A stretch of DNA of 64,000 nt from the human T2T-CHM13v2.0 reference genome, Homo sapiens. The stretch is taken from assembly GCF_009914755.1 (NCBI RefSeq), contig NC_060937.1. The stretch is one strand, 5' to 3'. How positions within the stretch are numbered: position 1 is the stretch's first letter; the number at the start of each line of letters is the position of its first letter. The position numbers and the translations under genes were made by a program. The notes below the pieces were generated by a model. The model did no database searches and had not been told where the DNA came from. It saw only the letters and a list, made by a program, of their open reading frames with translations. Below are positions 41,189-54,199 of the stretch, piece after piece.

Positions 41189-42977
41189 ACAGGAAAGGGA
41201 TCCCTTTCTAGAAGAACCTGGTTAACTGTCTTGGCTGATAAAGCAGATAAACAAGCCTGGCAAATAGAGTAAGCTGATTTGCATTAATGGAACTTTACAA
41301 CTATAATCTAGTTCCAGATTGTCTGTTAATGTTTAGCCTGTGAGATTTTATGGATTCCAGTTCTGGCAACTAGAGTGCAGAGCATGGGAGAGATGGGAGC
41401 AGGAAAGACAGTTCGTTATAATCAAACTCTATTTCCCAATATATTTATAATCTTTTTTACTTTTCTCCGAGTCTCTGCCAAGCCCTTAATTTGTGTTAAT
41501 TTTTAGGATTAAATGATATCCTAATATACTTAATATACTTAAAATCACATTGCTTCTCTAGAACTTATGCTCTTATTGCCCCAGCTCAAGAAATGTTTGT
41601 TTCTGAACTATCACATTACTGAAGAATATGTTAAATTCATTGTGTTACTTCTTTCATATGAGAAGTCACTCTCAAGCTTTAAAAGTGCTTTACAAAGTTT
41701 ATCAAAAAGTAAGCATTTTTCTTGAAATACAGACCATAATGCTTATATCAATATCTCCTTGAAAAGGTAAAATTAAACTGTTTTTATCTACATAATCACA
41801 GATTTCAGAATAGAAAAATTTGCATGAAACTTATTTTACTGTTTTGAATTTACATAAAGGAGTACAAAAAGTCATGAGCTCAAGGTTCGAATAACTAACT
41901 TAACAATATTCATGTTTACTTCCCAGACATTTTGTGACACCACTGATTCAAGAGCTCGTATACCTTAAAATTTATTCGTGCATATTTTCAACTATACAGT
42001 TTATTGAAGCGGGTATGATAAATTATGTTATTTCCATTTTAAATGTTGCTCTGTGAAATGAATATGGTACATAATTATGGAAATGACACTGGTAATTAGT
42101 TCAGAGAAGTAGCAGAACCTACATAATTTTTAATACATGGTTGAATTAAAAGAGTATTTTCAATAACACTTCAACATTTATTTCCTTATTTATTGTATTA
42201 TTTAAGTGGACAAAATGTACTTTATAATCATTAAATTATCATTATGACTGATTTACTGGTCCTGAAAACAGGTAAGCAGAGTCAAGAAATCTACCTTAAC
42301 TACCTGTATAGTCAACACTTTCTAAAATGTTGCACCTTTCAGTTATTCAAAGCCTACTTGTATATAATTGGCTGTATTAAGTAGTATATTTTTGTTTGAT
42401 GATTAACTCAACACCAATCAGATAAAATTGAATGTGAGTAAATAATGTCAAAGTATCATAAGAATTTATTGCTCTACTCTGGTGACAAATATTTTTAACA
42501 AGGCTTAAATATGCTTTTGCTCTTTCTTATTTTGTTCTTAAATTCTGTCATAGCAAAATTTATTTGCTAATTAGAAGCACAGCTTAATTAGTTTTATCTA
42601 ATATTTCTTTGTGAAGGACACTATTTTGTGTTGAGCTAATCAATATTCTAGGATTAATGGATACTATGATAATAAAAGGTTATTCATTTTGTATTTAAAA
42701 TATTCACTCTTTTGCTTATACTACGTGACATATATAATCCATGAAGTAAATAACAGTGTTCAAGTACAATTCTCACAACTTGTAAGTAGATTGTTCATCA
42801 AAAAATTTTAAAACAAAAACTTAATATTACTTTTCATATTCAATTCAACACAATGGTTTTTGCAAATTATCTTTTTAAATTCTACTGTATCCCCTATAAA
42901 ACCTTATTAAAGTTCTTGAATTTCAGCTTCCTCAAAAATCTTAAAGGATTTGATTGGTTCAGAGTGTTTTATTTTAT

Positions 42978-42982
<5 letters not shown>

Positions 42983-43030
<48 letters not shown>

Positions 43031-43037
43031 CACACAC
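42983..43037. repeat. (TA)n microsatellite
   Basis: About 20 perfect TA units followed by CA units. Confidence 0.97.
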
Positions 43038-43468
43038 AATGTACACAATTAGCAGAGGCCTGCAGAGAGGCCTGAAATCGGGTATCTACAGATAGTAGAT
43101 TTGCAGAGTCTACAGATAGTCCGTAAAATCCATGACTTTTTTTGGTAAAACTTTGTTATAGGGTACGTGTCAATTTTTCTAGAACAAAGTTTCATTATTT
43201 TGTTTAGAAGTTTATGACTTATTAAAGGTTATATAAACGATGACATCTATAGAGCTGCTAAGTCTAAATATCTACATCTATCTAAGGATTTTTGTTTTTG
43301 GTCCATAACATGTTTTACTTTTCTAACTATTTAAACACCAGAGCAGCAATGCATTAAATAAATATATTCATTTGAAACAGCCCAAGAGAATCTCTTCACA
43401 AAGTTAATTTTATCTCCTTTACAGGATGAAGAATTGATGCTAATTTTTTCATGTTGTGAGTTTCACAG

Positions 43469-43671
43469 AAGATATGAGCAGTAGCAGCAAATGTATCTCA
43501 CAAAACTATTTGCTAAAATTGTGACATTTTAATAACATTGTAGTTAATACTAATAGCAGAAGAGGTGCTCAGCAGGAAGTAGAAAGCATTTTAGGCCCGA
43601 TCCAACTTTTTCCCATTGACCCTCAAATTTGTCTTTGCTTCATCATTAAGAGAGTTATATCATATAGGGTA
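43469..43671 (+). repeat. Direct duplication, donor copy (matches 45624-45826)
   Basis: 203 bp, 14 mismatches by eye, no gaps. Confidence 0.96.
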
Positions 43672-44162
43672 GTCATATTCACATCAGTGTCAAGTCTCCT
43701 GCTACTGATAATGAAGACAAATTGATATCATGTTTGCCTATCAGTAAAACTTCAAAAATTATTTATCATATTCAACCAGTATGCTTTAGTAGTCTTAAAG
43801 CCATAGGGACCTTAATTGTAGTTATTGTAAATCCTAGATTTTCACCACAATCAGATTTTAGGTAATTTTCTTTTATTTTTTACCAAAGGCCCGGATAATT
43901 ATACCTTTCAATAGTTGTATTTATATTTGTATACCTTTCCACAAAGACGCATTTACAAATAAAATTATTTAACAATGAGCACCCCAAAAGTAGCACATGT
44001 GGTGTCTATGCTTTGCCACACACAAACCAAAATGTTATTTTGGTTGATTATAAACACTGATAATTTTTTTAAAAAAATCAACTTTAATACATATTATTGC
44101 AAATCCTAATATAACATTTTAAGGGAATTAAATAAGATTACTTAAACTTGGAAAGTCAATAG

Positions 44163-44400
44163 ACATGTACACAGGGGGAACGCCATGTGAAGATTATACT
44201 ACCACAAGTCAAAGAACTACCTGATGCCAGAAGAGAAGTCTGGAGTGGATTGTTCCCCAGCACCTTCACAGGGAGCATTGCCCTACCAACACCTTGATTT
44301 CGAACTTCTCGCCTCCAGGAGTGTGAAACAATACATTTCTGTTGTTCTAAGCCACCCAGTTAGTGATACTTTATCAAAGCAGCCCTTGCAAATTAGCATA
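44163..44400 (+). mobile_element. MLT1B/C-like LTR 3' half
   Basis: 'gccatgtgaagat', 'aacaccttgatttcgaacttctcgcctccag', 'catttctgttgttctaagccacccag'. Confidence 0.85.
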
Positions 44401-45566
44401 TTGGTCTAGTTACTGAACTTTACTATTTTAATTCTAAATAGGAAGATATTTCTATGAATTAAAGTATATAACATACAGCAATATACAAATGAAAACTATT
44501 ACTATGCTGATAATCTAAAATAAAAGTGTTACATTCTAATTACGACTAGGGTAGTTTTGATACCTCTCATAAACCTGAAAAAGAAAATATTCTAAACACA
44601 TTTATCTACATGGTTCTCAAATTCACACTTAAAAGCAGTTTTGTGGAAACCCCAAAGTCCACAAGGTGGCATATTCAGAAGGGAGGTTTACGTAGCAACA
44701 GAGAGTAAACACGAGAAGAAAAACTGTTATTCAGATTTTCAATAGTACCATGAAGATGTACTTGTGTATCTTTATTGTTTTATGTCCTGAAGAGTGAGTA
44801 TTTAAATGTTATTGAAATGAATTTATATCATTCATCCTATCTTTGGCTTCTAATATTGGACTGTCCACAGGTCGTCATTCATTCATTACATTATCTCAAT
44901 TTCATCATTCTGGGATACTACTACTTAAATTTGAACTGTCACATTTTTCACCTCAAAGATTTTAGAAAGCACAAATCATTCAGGATAAATTATAAAAGAA
45001 TGACCATCCAGCACACACATTCATATTCATTCATTAATCAAATGTTACTTACAGCCGAGTTTTTTGTTATGTAGTGTTACTTAACATATAATTAATCTTA
45101 GCCCACCGAAAAAAAATGTGTAGCATATAAGCTAAAAATTTAATAAGCAATAAATTATGTATTTTCTTTTCCGTCACCCTGAAACCCTTGTTTATAATGT
45201 GGTTCTATATGTTTCTCTTTCAGCATGTGAGAATGAAAATTATACTTTTTAACACAAGTTTTGTGATTTTGCTGATCAAGGAAAAAGCTCGTATCAGTAG
45301 AAAACTACGCAAGTTCTAGTTTCCAAGACCATTTAGAAATATCAGGTTAGGATAAAGAGTAGGGGTCCTGTAGTTTCCTCTGATCAGCGACGTAATCAAA
45401 AACTGCCCAGAGGATGTTTTAGAGACCCAAAGTGGGTAGCTCCTTTCCAAAAAGACAAAGATGTGAAGTTTAAGTCCTCACTCTTTCCTGGCCATGTGAC
45501 TTATTTTGACCATTAGAATATGGTGGATGTAACTTTAAGTTCCTAATGTAAACCCCCAAAAGCTTG

Positions 45567-46100
45567 TGTATTAGCCCGTTTTCATGCTGCTGATAAAGAC
45601 ACCTGAGACTGAGCAATTTTCAAAAGATATGAGCAGTAGCAGCAAATATCTCTCACAAAACTATTCACTAAAATTGTGACATTTTAATAACATTGTAGTT
45701 AATACTAATAGCAGAAGAGGTGCTCAGTAGGGAGTAGAAAGCATTTTAGGCCCAATCCAACTTTTTTGCATGGACCATCAAATTTGTCTTTGCTTCATCG
45801 TTAACAGAGTTATATCATATAGAGTATATGATACCTCCACATGGCTGTGGAGGCCTTACAATCACGGTGAAGGCAAGGAGGAGCAAGTCATGTCTTACAT
45901 GGATGGCACCAGGCAAAGAGAGTTTGTGCAGGGGAATGCCATTTTTAAAACCATCAGATCTCATGAGACTCATTCACTGTCATGACAACATCATGGGAAA
46001 GACCTGCCTCCAGGATTCAATCACCTCCCACAGGGTCTGTCTCACAACATATGGGAATTCAAGATGGAGATTTTGGAGTGGACACAGTCAAACCATATCA
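45567..46100 (-). mobile_element. THE1B/C-like solo LTR with an internal 200-bp insert
   Basis: 'tgtattagcccgttttcatgctgctgataaagac...ggacacagtcaaaccatatca'; 5-bp TSD gcttg at 45562-45566 and 46101-46105. Confidence 0.93.
45624..45826 (+). repeat. Direct duplication, inserted copy of 43469-43671
   Basis: About 93% identical to the donor; interrupts the THE1 LTR. Confidence 0.96.
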
Positions 46101-46147
46101 GCTTGCAAATTTTTCTTGATAGTTTTGGGATCAATCGGTCATGGTAG

Positions 46148-47525
46148 TGTCACACGATCCTTAGGGTGTTGCTTTTCCAGTCAACCTCTGTGGCCGGTGG
46201 TGCCTTTACCCATTTTGCTTGGGCCTGCTGGACTCGTTCCACCCACTTGGTCTGGCAGGTTGAGCTCAGCTCACACTACTGGTCTGGATCCCACAGCTGC
46301 CGAGGGTGAACCAGGTGTGGAGTGGTGAGGGGTGTGTGAGTGAGCAGGCATGGGGTCTGGCCACTGGGCACAGCAAGTCAGCCAGCTGCTGTGGTGGGGT
46401 ATGCAGCTCCAGGCCTTGGCACAGGTACCAGCTCCATGCAAGGCCGTGGCTGGACCAGATGTATCATGAGTGGTTTCTGCAACAGGCACCTGTATCTGGA
46501 TGAGAGGAACACAATGGTACCCAGAAGCTTGGAGATGCCAGGAACTGCAGAGTCCCAAAGAGGATGTCACAAGCCCTGGCTTGTGGAGTCCCTAGGTCTG
46601 TGGTCCCTGAATGGCTGCAGCTTTTCTCTCCTTCTTGTTACTCACAACATGGTGAGCAAGGGGTCGTGTTTCAGCACTGTTTGTGTAACAGCTGTTTCAG
46701 TCCTGCTATTTGGTGGGCCCAAGTTCTTGTCCTGTGTCCAGGAAAAATGAAGTATGCGGACAACAAGCAGGCAGGTTGTCCCAAAGAATGTCTGAGCCTG
46801 ACTGATTCTGGGGTTTTTATGTGCCCAGAAGTGAGGAAGTCCATGCTGATTGGCCCATGGGTAGCCACAGGCAGGCCTGGAAAAAGCACCATTCAATTGG
46901 CCAAATGGTCCTCAATGAAGTTCTCACTCCAGGCTGCAGGTTCCCCCAGGAACTGGCAGCCTGGTCTCCAGGTTTCAGGCTGTCTCTGGACTGAAGGTAG
47001 AGTTTCACTGGGAACCCATCTCTTCCTCCCCAGGAACCTGTCTGCTATTAACATGCCATCCATGGCACCTGGACTGTCTATACTGAGAGGCACCCACAGG
47101 CCTGTGCTGAGATGCCCTTACCGCCCCCCACCCAGATCCCCCTACCACGCTTGTCAGTACCCAAAGTCTGGAGGGGGGCAAGGTGGCAGGGGGCTGATGT
47201 GTCAATGTTCCCTGAGCACGTACGCTCGTACAGGTTGGGACACTGTCCAGGCTTAGCCACAACTTTGCTCCATTCTGGAGTGGGTGCTGGGAGCAGGGAG
47301 AGGCCAATGAGTGGGAGCAGGCACTTTCAAGCCTGTGGGGGCAGGAGGCTTCCTGGACCTCAGAGAGCACAGGGATGCCGGTGGCTGCAGCTGTGCCTGG
47401 GACCACAGGGCTCTGGCCTGCCAACTCGGTAGGGGGCGTACCTCTCACCTGTTCCTGACTCCCTCTGGCTTTATGAAGCACACAGCCCCAGCCGTACCTC
47501 CCCCACTGCAGCCTGTGTCCTCACA
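46148..47525 (-). mobile_element. MER52-family (ERV1) solo LTR
   Basis: GC-rich 1.38 kb TG...CA element 'tgtcacacgatccttagggtgttgc...ctgcagcctgtgtcctcaca'; flanks gtag/ttag. Confidence 0.85.
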
Positions 47526-47835
47526 TTAGCTGTTCCAGATGGGCCATCGCCACCATCAGTAGGAGCTTGAATTGGTCTGCTGGGTAATGGACAGCACAGG
47601 GGTAACTGCCATTGTCATCCCAGTCAGCTTCCAGATTTGGGAGTGGGGCCATCTGAAATAACTCACTTGTAGCCAATCTGTCAATCATCTGCAGACACAT
47701 GAGCAAGCCAGGTCAGATCAGCTGAACTTAGTCTAGACCAGAGTAACAGCAGAATTACGATCTAAATAAATGGCCATGTTTTTCAGCTACTAAGATTTGG
47801 GATGGTTAATGTCTCAGCAATAGCTAACTAGTATA

Positions 47836-48990
47836 AAAATTGTTACCTGGAAGAAGAATGCTGCTACACACACACACACACACACACCCCCCTAAAATGT
47901 GGCATTTTTGGGAGAAGATGACAGGCATCCCATTTTCCAGAATGCTGTGACAATTACCTACCTCACTGCTTTTTCAGCCCTGAAAACCATTGGCTTGCTA
48001 TTTTCTCAGCCTTTGCTGGTGGTTCCTTCTATGCTTTTCCCATCTCTACCTGTCCATGTTACACAGTTAAAATAGAAATGGCCAAACTGTCATGTGTGGT
48101 AACTTGGAAAAAAGTAAATGTATTCAATGAGGTTTAGATCTGACTAAGGAGATCACAGGACCAAATACTGCAAGTGGCAGGTTGGCTTTATTAACTGTGA
48201 ATGATAAATAGCTGCAAGAGAGAGAGATGAGATAAAGAAGCAATCCTCCATTTGCATGCCAAATTTAAAGACAATATAGAAGAGATAGGACTTGCTAGTT
48301 TGGAAAAATAACTGTCTATCATCACTACTCTTCTCTGCTAATAATGTATCCTTAAAGCAATATGAGGCCTGGAGCCAAAGCTCAAATTAAGGATGTGGCT
48401 GCCAGAACCTCAAGAACGCTGGAAGATTTAAGGCGGTACCTAGTAGATGATGCATTAGGTCTATAACAACAACCACAAACACTAAAGAAGCTCAAAGAAT
48501 CTTATGGGAATTGTTCTTAAGCTGTTTGACAAGCCACTCAGAAGTGAAATCAGTCTGTCTAGGAAACAGTTGTGGATGTGGATTTTGTCACATGAGGTGA
48601 TAAGATTTCTGATACATAGAAATCCCACAAATATTGTATGAAAGTTGTATCAGCCAAAAGCCATCAGCCTGGGCTAAATGGAATTGTGATTATTCATATT
48701 GCCAAAAGATTTCTGAGCTTCTAAATTTTTGCAGGCTAAGAAAAAAAATGCTGCAAATACGCACAATTTCTTATGGAAAATAAAAATATGTTTCCGAGGG
48801 CAGAAACAAGATCTGAGAGAATGCAGGCTATATTAAGAGAGAATAATGTAATAGAAATGAACTCTCAGGAAGAAGAACCAGGCCCTAATGAAAACACATT
48901 TCCTTTTTCAGAGAACTGAAAATAGTTGTACTGCAGCAGGATCAGGGACTGCTATGTGCTTACTGTTCTTTTATTTTTGAAGTGGGTAGG
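47836..48990 (+). mobile_element. MLT1 internal (MaLR-int) remnant
   Basis: Follows the LTR directly with 'aaattgttacctggaag...tgctgcta', 'aaaatgtggcatt', 'gatctgactaaggagatc'. Confidence 0.65.
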
Positions 48991-50043
48991 ATTAATATGA
49001 ATATAGTCTATGGTAGCTCTATAGTGATAGCGAGAAATGCCTGGAACTCAAGTACTTGTCTTTGGCCAAGATAGGGATGAAACATACTAGACAACGGCTT
49101 ATATTTGTTTAAAGTCTGAAAATTCCCTACTGGGATACGTAAGTTGTCAAGTTTGTTACTGAAAATGTATATACCGATCATTAAAACCTACTTTGGTTAT
49201 AGAGCAGGATATTCGTTATGTTACTAATGGGGTATAAAAGATCCCCCAGTAAACTTGAACCTTGGCTTTTGTGACTAATGTATCTTAGAAATATCCTGAG
49301 AATTCACTGTCCAAACACAAAACATATTTTCTATAATTGAGAAAGTTCTCTAGGAGCTGCACCTGAGGCACTGGGACCTCTCCATATTTGCTTAAGCTTT
49401 CTGTCTGCAGCTGAACCATATTCTTTACATTTATTAGAACCTTATGTGAGTACACACTGTAAAATTTCATGGCATTGCAATTGTGCCCAGTATAATTACT
49501 TGCAAATATGTACAGATAAGTTTTGCAATTCTTGTCTCACCATTATATTTGGGTGTATGGGGACGCATAACTTGTCTTTCATTTTTAAGTTTCTGGATGA
49601 AAAGAAGCCACATTCAGAAAGCTTCAGCCACACACTCATCATTCAAATGTAAGGCATTAATAAACATCAATGTGTCTTTTTATTAGGATAGCACCTGAAT
49701 TTTTCCTGCCTTATCTACGTACAGGATGGAATAACTCAGGATTTAAATATGTCTAGGAGATAACTTCAACAGATAAAGGGAACTGTGTCCTAAATAACAT
49801 CTATAGTCAGGATTTTAATTACTTTGAATTGTGCTTTTGTTGCTATCCAAAGGCCATATGTTATTTCTGATTTTTCTTTTTTAAAATTTCAATGCATTTT
49901 GATCTGTGTAATAAGTACACTCAAAATATTGGGACTAAGTCATCTTTTTAATACAGTTTTTAAATATATTAAAAGTTTTTCAAAGGATTTTGTTAATCAA
50001 TTTGTACCTTCTGGTTATATTGGACAGTACTATTTGGAAACAC

Positions 50044-50126
50044 TGCTATGATTTGAATGTGTTCCCTCTAAAATGCAGGTGTTAAAACTTAATGGCAGTG
50101 TGATGGTATTAAGAGGTGAGGGCCTT
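50044..50126 (+). mobile_element. MaLR LTR (MSTC/D or MLT1A-like), 5' part
   Basis: 'tgctatgatttgaatgtgttccc...ggtattaagaggtgagggcctt'; resumes at 53180. Confidence 0.88.
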
Positions 50127-50544
50127 GGTGTACCCATCAACCCATCATCTATATTAGGTATTTCTCCTAATGTTATCCCACCATGGCACATGTATACCTA
50201 TGTAACAAACCTGCATGTTCTGCACATGTATCCCAGAACTTAAGGTATAATAAACAAAGAAAAAAATTCACCCAACACATCTTTCAAGGTTTAGATCACA
50301 TTCTACCTTCTACAGAGAAAAAAAGAAAACACAAACAAAACTCCTCAAAACAATATAGTACTATAATTAGCCAGTTTTTATACTCATTAAGCCTTCACCT
50401 TAAGTTCAGTCTATATCCAAAGCAAATGTACACTGTAGATCATTGTTCTGTGTAGTTTTTGGATGTTTTCAGTCTTCCTATCTAGGTGGTTCAGTTGTAG
50501 ATACAGACCTCTGAAAGGCAGTGTAACTGCAGAGCAAAGAGCTG

Positions 50545-50546
50545 TT

Positions 50547-50597
<51 letters not shown>

Positions 50598-50740
50598 TTT
50601 CCTTTCTCTGTCTCTCTTTCCCCCGCCCCACGCCCCCCTTTCACAGACAGGGTCTCGTTCTGTTGCCCAGCTGGAATGCATCATAGCTCACTATAACCTC
50701 AAACTCCTGGTCTCAAGCATGAGCCACCATGCCTGACCCC
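50545..50740 (-). mobile_element. Internally deleted old Alu (AluJ/monomer) with (TTTA)n tail
   Basis: 'agacagggtctcgttctgttgcccag...tcatagctcact...ctcaagc|atgagccaccatgcctgacc'. Confidence 0.8.
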
Positions 50741-51902
50741 ATATAATTTCAATACTAAATTAGGGTTTCATTTTTGCTGCTGGTGTTGAATAGATTCATA
50801 CCACAGATAACACCAAAGCTGTGATAACAGAGAAAACATTTTGAAAGGCTGTTACATTTCTCTTGGTTGAAACCATTTAAAATTAATAAGTCAGAAGTAG
50901 ACAGGATTATTAGTCCTACTCTCAACTGGAGAGGACAAATACTACTTCCTACATACCTACATGTGAAGGTTACCAGGTTGTTGTCTTAACAGCCCACAGT
51001 CCTACTCATTCTCATATCAGGGTCTCCATATAGAAACATAGAAACACGTTCACAGTGTACTTCTTGCTTTATCTACAAATATCTTTACGGCGAACTGATT
51101 ACACCAACATATTTTTCTTCCCAATTCATTTGGCAAAAGTATTTACAGTTGTTTAGAAAGACTATAGAATTACAAGTGCAGGAAAGGCAGCAAAGTTTCC
51201 AGCTCAGATTTTGATATGACATGTGTTGTATCTCAAACTAATTATAACTTTCTTTTTCTAGGGTTCATGAGGGATTTTCCTGATTGTTCCCACCTCCAGT
51301 GCTGCCAGCTTGCCCCTTTGCTCCCCTCCTTCTACCTATTTCCTACTCGTTATAATCTGATTTTATCTCTGCCTACTATCAATTAACCTATTCACTACAT
51401 TCTAACCACAAGAGATTCCCATCTGTTGACCCTGGGCTGAGCATGTCCTGGAACTGATTTCATTTTTTCAGCAAGTATTTATTGGACATCTCCTGCATGC
51501 CAGCCAATGGGCCTTCTTTTCACTTTGACTTCTAGTATTCAGGTGTCCTCCACCTCTTCATGGGTTTTCACAAGACTTCTCACGTCCTAGCTTCACACTA
51601 ATTTTATGTACAGTTACTCTTAACTTTAACGATTCTCAATAAGGTAATTTTTTGCCCTCTGTAAATTTCTCTAGTTCCAATTATATTCCCATTCAAATCG
51701 TTTTGTTTAGCTTTACTTTCTCTACCATCTTATGACATGTACTTTCATAATTTTGATGGACTTCAACCATCTTCTTAATCTGCTTTCTTTTAAATGCATG
51801 CCTAACTTTTGTACTAGCTAATTTATGTCTAAGATTTTGTTATCTTGATAAGCATCATTCATAGCTTTTCTAGCTTATTAATGTCTTTTCAGATATCATG
51901 TT

Positions 51903-52368
51903 TGTAGGGGATCAGTCAGTGTGGTTAGAAACATTGTAAGATGAAATTATAGAATATAGACACAAACCTTGGAAGGCTGGAAGGTTTGCATAGCTTCAGT
52001 AATAGATCTGGCATGAAGGCAGCCTAATCTTTACCTTGAGTAGATAGCTTAAAGTAGGTACAAAATAATGTAAGGGAGTTTATCTAAATAACTTGTTTAC
52101 TCATGTGTTGCTAAGACTAACCTTTGATCATTGGCAGGCAGGATGGCTCTCTTGGGGGGAGGGCAACCAGGTTAATTACCCACAGGTGTATTGACTCAAA
52201 GTCTTTGTCATTTAATCTAACTAAATAAATACGAATTTGGCTGGCTTATCTGGGCAATGCTCCAGACTCAGAGCAGAGCCTCTTAGCCAGACTGACAGGC
52301 AAAATATCTGTGTCAGTGTAGGTCTCTCATGTGTCGCCAGGTCAGGGTCTGAGGGTTGGACCTCGAAA
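51903..52368 (+). mobile_element. LTR22-family solo LTR (HERV-K22/HML-5)
   Basis: 'tgtaggggatcagtcagtgtgg', 'cttgtttactcatgtg...acctttgatca', 'gcaaaatatctgtgtcagtgta'; 5-bp TSD atgtt at 51898-51902 and 52369-52373. Confidence 0.82.
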
Positions 52369-53179
52369 ATGTTAACCTTTTAAGAAAAGGAAAAAACAAT
52401 ACATTACAGTGAATATCTTCTCCCCAGATAAGTCATCAGATTAACATAATGGACATAATACTTTAGATTTTCTTTAGGCAAATCAAATAAGGGCAGACCG
52501 ATACAACACTCATCTCTTCTTTCTTTTATACTGTTTTTAAGAACATGATTGTTTAAAGAATATAAAGCACTTAATTTTTTGTTATGAACTTTCTAAATGG
52601 CTTATTTTAATAATCATAAGTTCAATTCTAAGCATTTGCATTGTTTATATACTCCTTCCTATAAGCCATTTTACCAGCTTCTCCACAGTTGTAGAACTAG
52701 CTTTAAGTGTTAAGTATCATAATAAGGCTTCCTTTGTAGTACCTGTTGAACACCTTCCTTTCAATTTTCCTGGCCTAATTCTCTGCCCCACCTTCTATCC
52801 CACCACCCTGCTTTTTTTTTCTTCAGAGAATTCAAACTCTATACTACCCATTCCCCTGGAATACTGCAATCCCTTCATTCATTTCTCTTGAATTTCTATA
52901 CTGTGGCCTGTTACTAGCCATACTCTTAGTTCTTCCTTATTTTTTCATAGGTTCTCTCTTAATAAATGTGTTAATATGTTATCCTTTTAAACTAACATGA
53001 AACATAATTTATACTTGAATTTTTTAACTTGCGCTGAATATTATATCAGTATTGTGTTTCCTTATAATACATTTTAAAAGCTGTTCTAATATTTTATATT
53101 CCCATATTCCTTACTTTTGGAATTCACTTTTAGAATAAACTTTATCTTTCTTCATTTTAAACTAAAGAAAAAAAAAAAG

Positions 53180-53510
53180 AGAGGTGAGGGCCTTTAAGTG
53201 GTGACTAAGCCCTGAGGGCTTCTCCTTCATGAATGGGATTAAAGATCTTATAAGAGACTTCATGTAGCCTTTGGCTCTCTTGCTCTTCTGCCTAGTGCTA
53301 TATAAGGATAGAGCTTTTCTCTCCTTCAGAGGACATAGAAAGATGCAATCTTGGAAACAGAAAATGCCCCTCACCACATAACTGAGCCTACCAGCACCTT
53401 GATTTTGGATCTCCCAGCCTCCAAAATGGTGAGAAAATAAATTTATCTTCTTTACCTATTAGCCAGTCTCTGATATTTTGTTATAGTAGTACAAATGGAT
53501 TAAAATGCAC
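53180..53510 (+). mobile_element. MaLR LTR 3' part (continuation of 50044-50126)
   Basis: 'gggcctttaagtggtgactaagccctgagggc...gcaccttgattttggatctcccagcctcca...tattttgttatagtag'. Confidence 0.9.
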
Positions 53511-54199
53511 TGGCATTTATTAGGGTTTTGTTGTTTTATGTCAACTTCTGACTTATATTCCTGGGTAGTAAACCCAATCTAATGATTATTTCTTTCAGAG
53601 GAAATAAAAGTACAGGGAGACTTATCCAGATGCTATTTTGAATGAGTGTTAAGCAAATCCATCTCAGTTGAACTATAGATTTGACATTAAGAGGAAGTTA
53701 ATGCAAGAACATAAGGCTTAAGAAGTACACATCCACATAAAAGTTTAATCCAATACACTTTTCCTGTTACTAAGAAAAAGCAAGATAAAATACCTGTGAA
53801 CCAGTGGGCATCTAGAGGTTGTGTCCCAGAGGATAGCAACATTTAACAAGACAAAAATCTCAGTAATCAAATGCAGGATCTGGATTGAAGGAAGAAACAC
53901 ATTACGAAGACAAATTTGAAACTAAGAAGTCGGGGAAGGTGAGAATCCAAAGACAGCACTGTGCCGAAAGGCAGATAAGATTATGCCAACATCAAGCATA
54001 TCTTCACATTGATATTAACAGCCAGAAACATGAATTTATCTTTTGACACCGCCTCACTCAGCTTTATGATGGCATTAATCTCAATACTCTTATGATTTTG
54101 ACTTGAAACAAATGTAAAAATATAAATGAATAATAGAGGACATATTGCCAATATTACTAATAAATATTTAGTAATACATTATAATGTTATCTAAAACTC

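Larger units (their letters stand above)
45470..47835 (+). mobile_element. MLT1G/H-like LTR split by THE1 and MER52 insertions
   Basis: 5' part 'ggccatgtgacttattttgacc'; 3' part 'aaataaatggcc...gctactaagatttgggatggt...gcaatagctaactagtata'. Confidence 0.7.
50127..53179 (+). mobile_element. Short 5'-inverted L1PA (PA6/7-like) tip plus ~2.9 kb 3' transduction
   Basis: L1 antisense 50127-50179, L1 sense 3' end 50178-50266, non-L1 DNA, AATAAA 53134-53139, poly(A) ~53165-53178, TSD agaggtgagggcctt at 50112-50126 and 53180-53194. Confidence 0.9.

Noticed and set aside
46271-47529. Cluster of long ORFs including 46564..47256 (230 aa) and 47005..47481 (158 aa)
   Set aside because: All lie in the GC-rich MER52 LTR, where stop codons are rarer. 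They overlap on both strands and show no recognisable domain.
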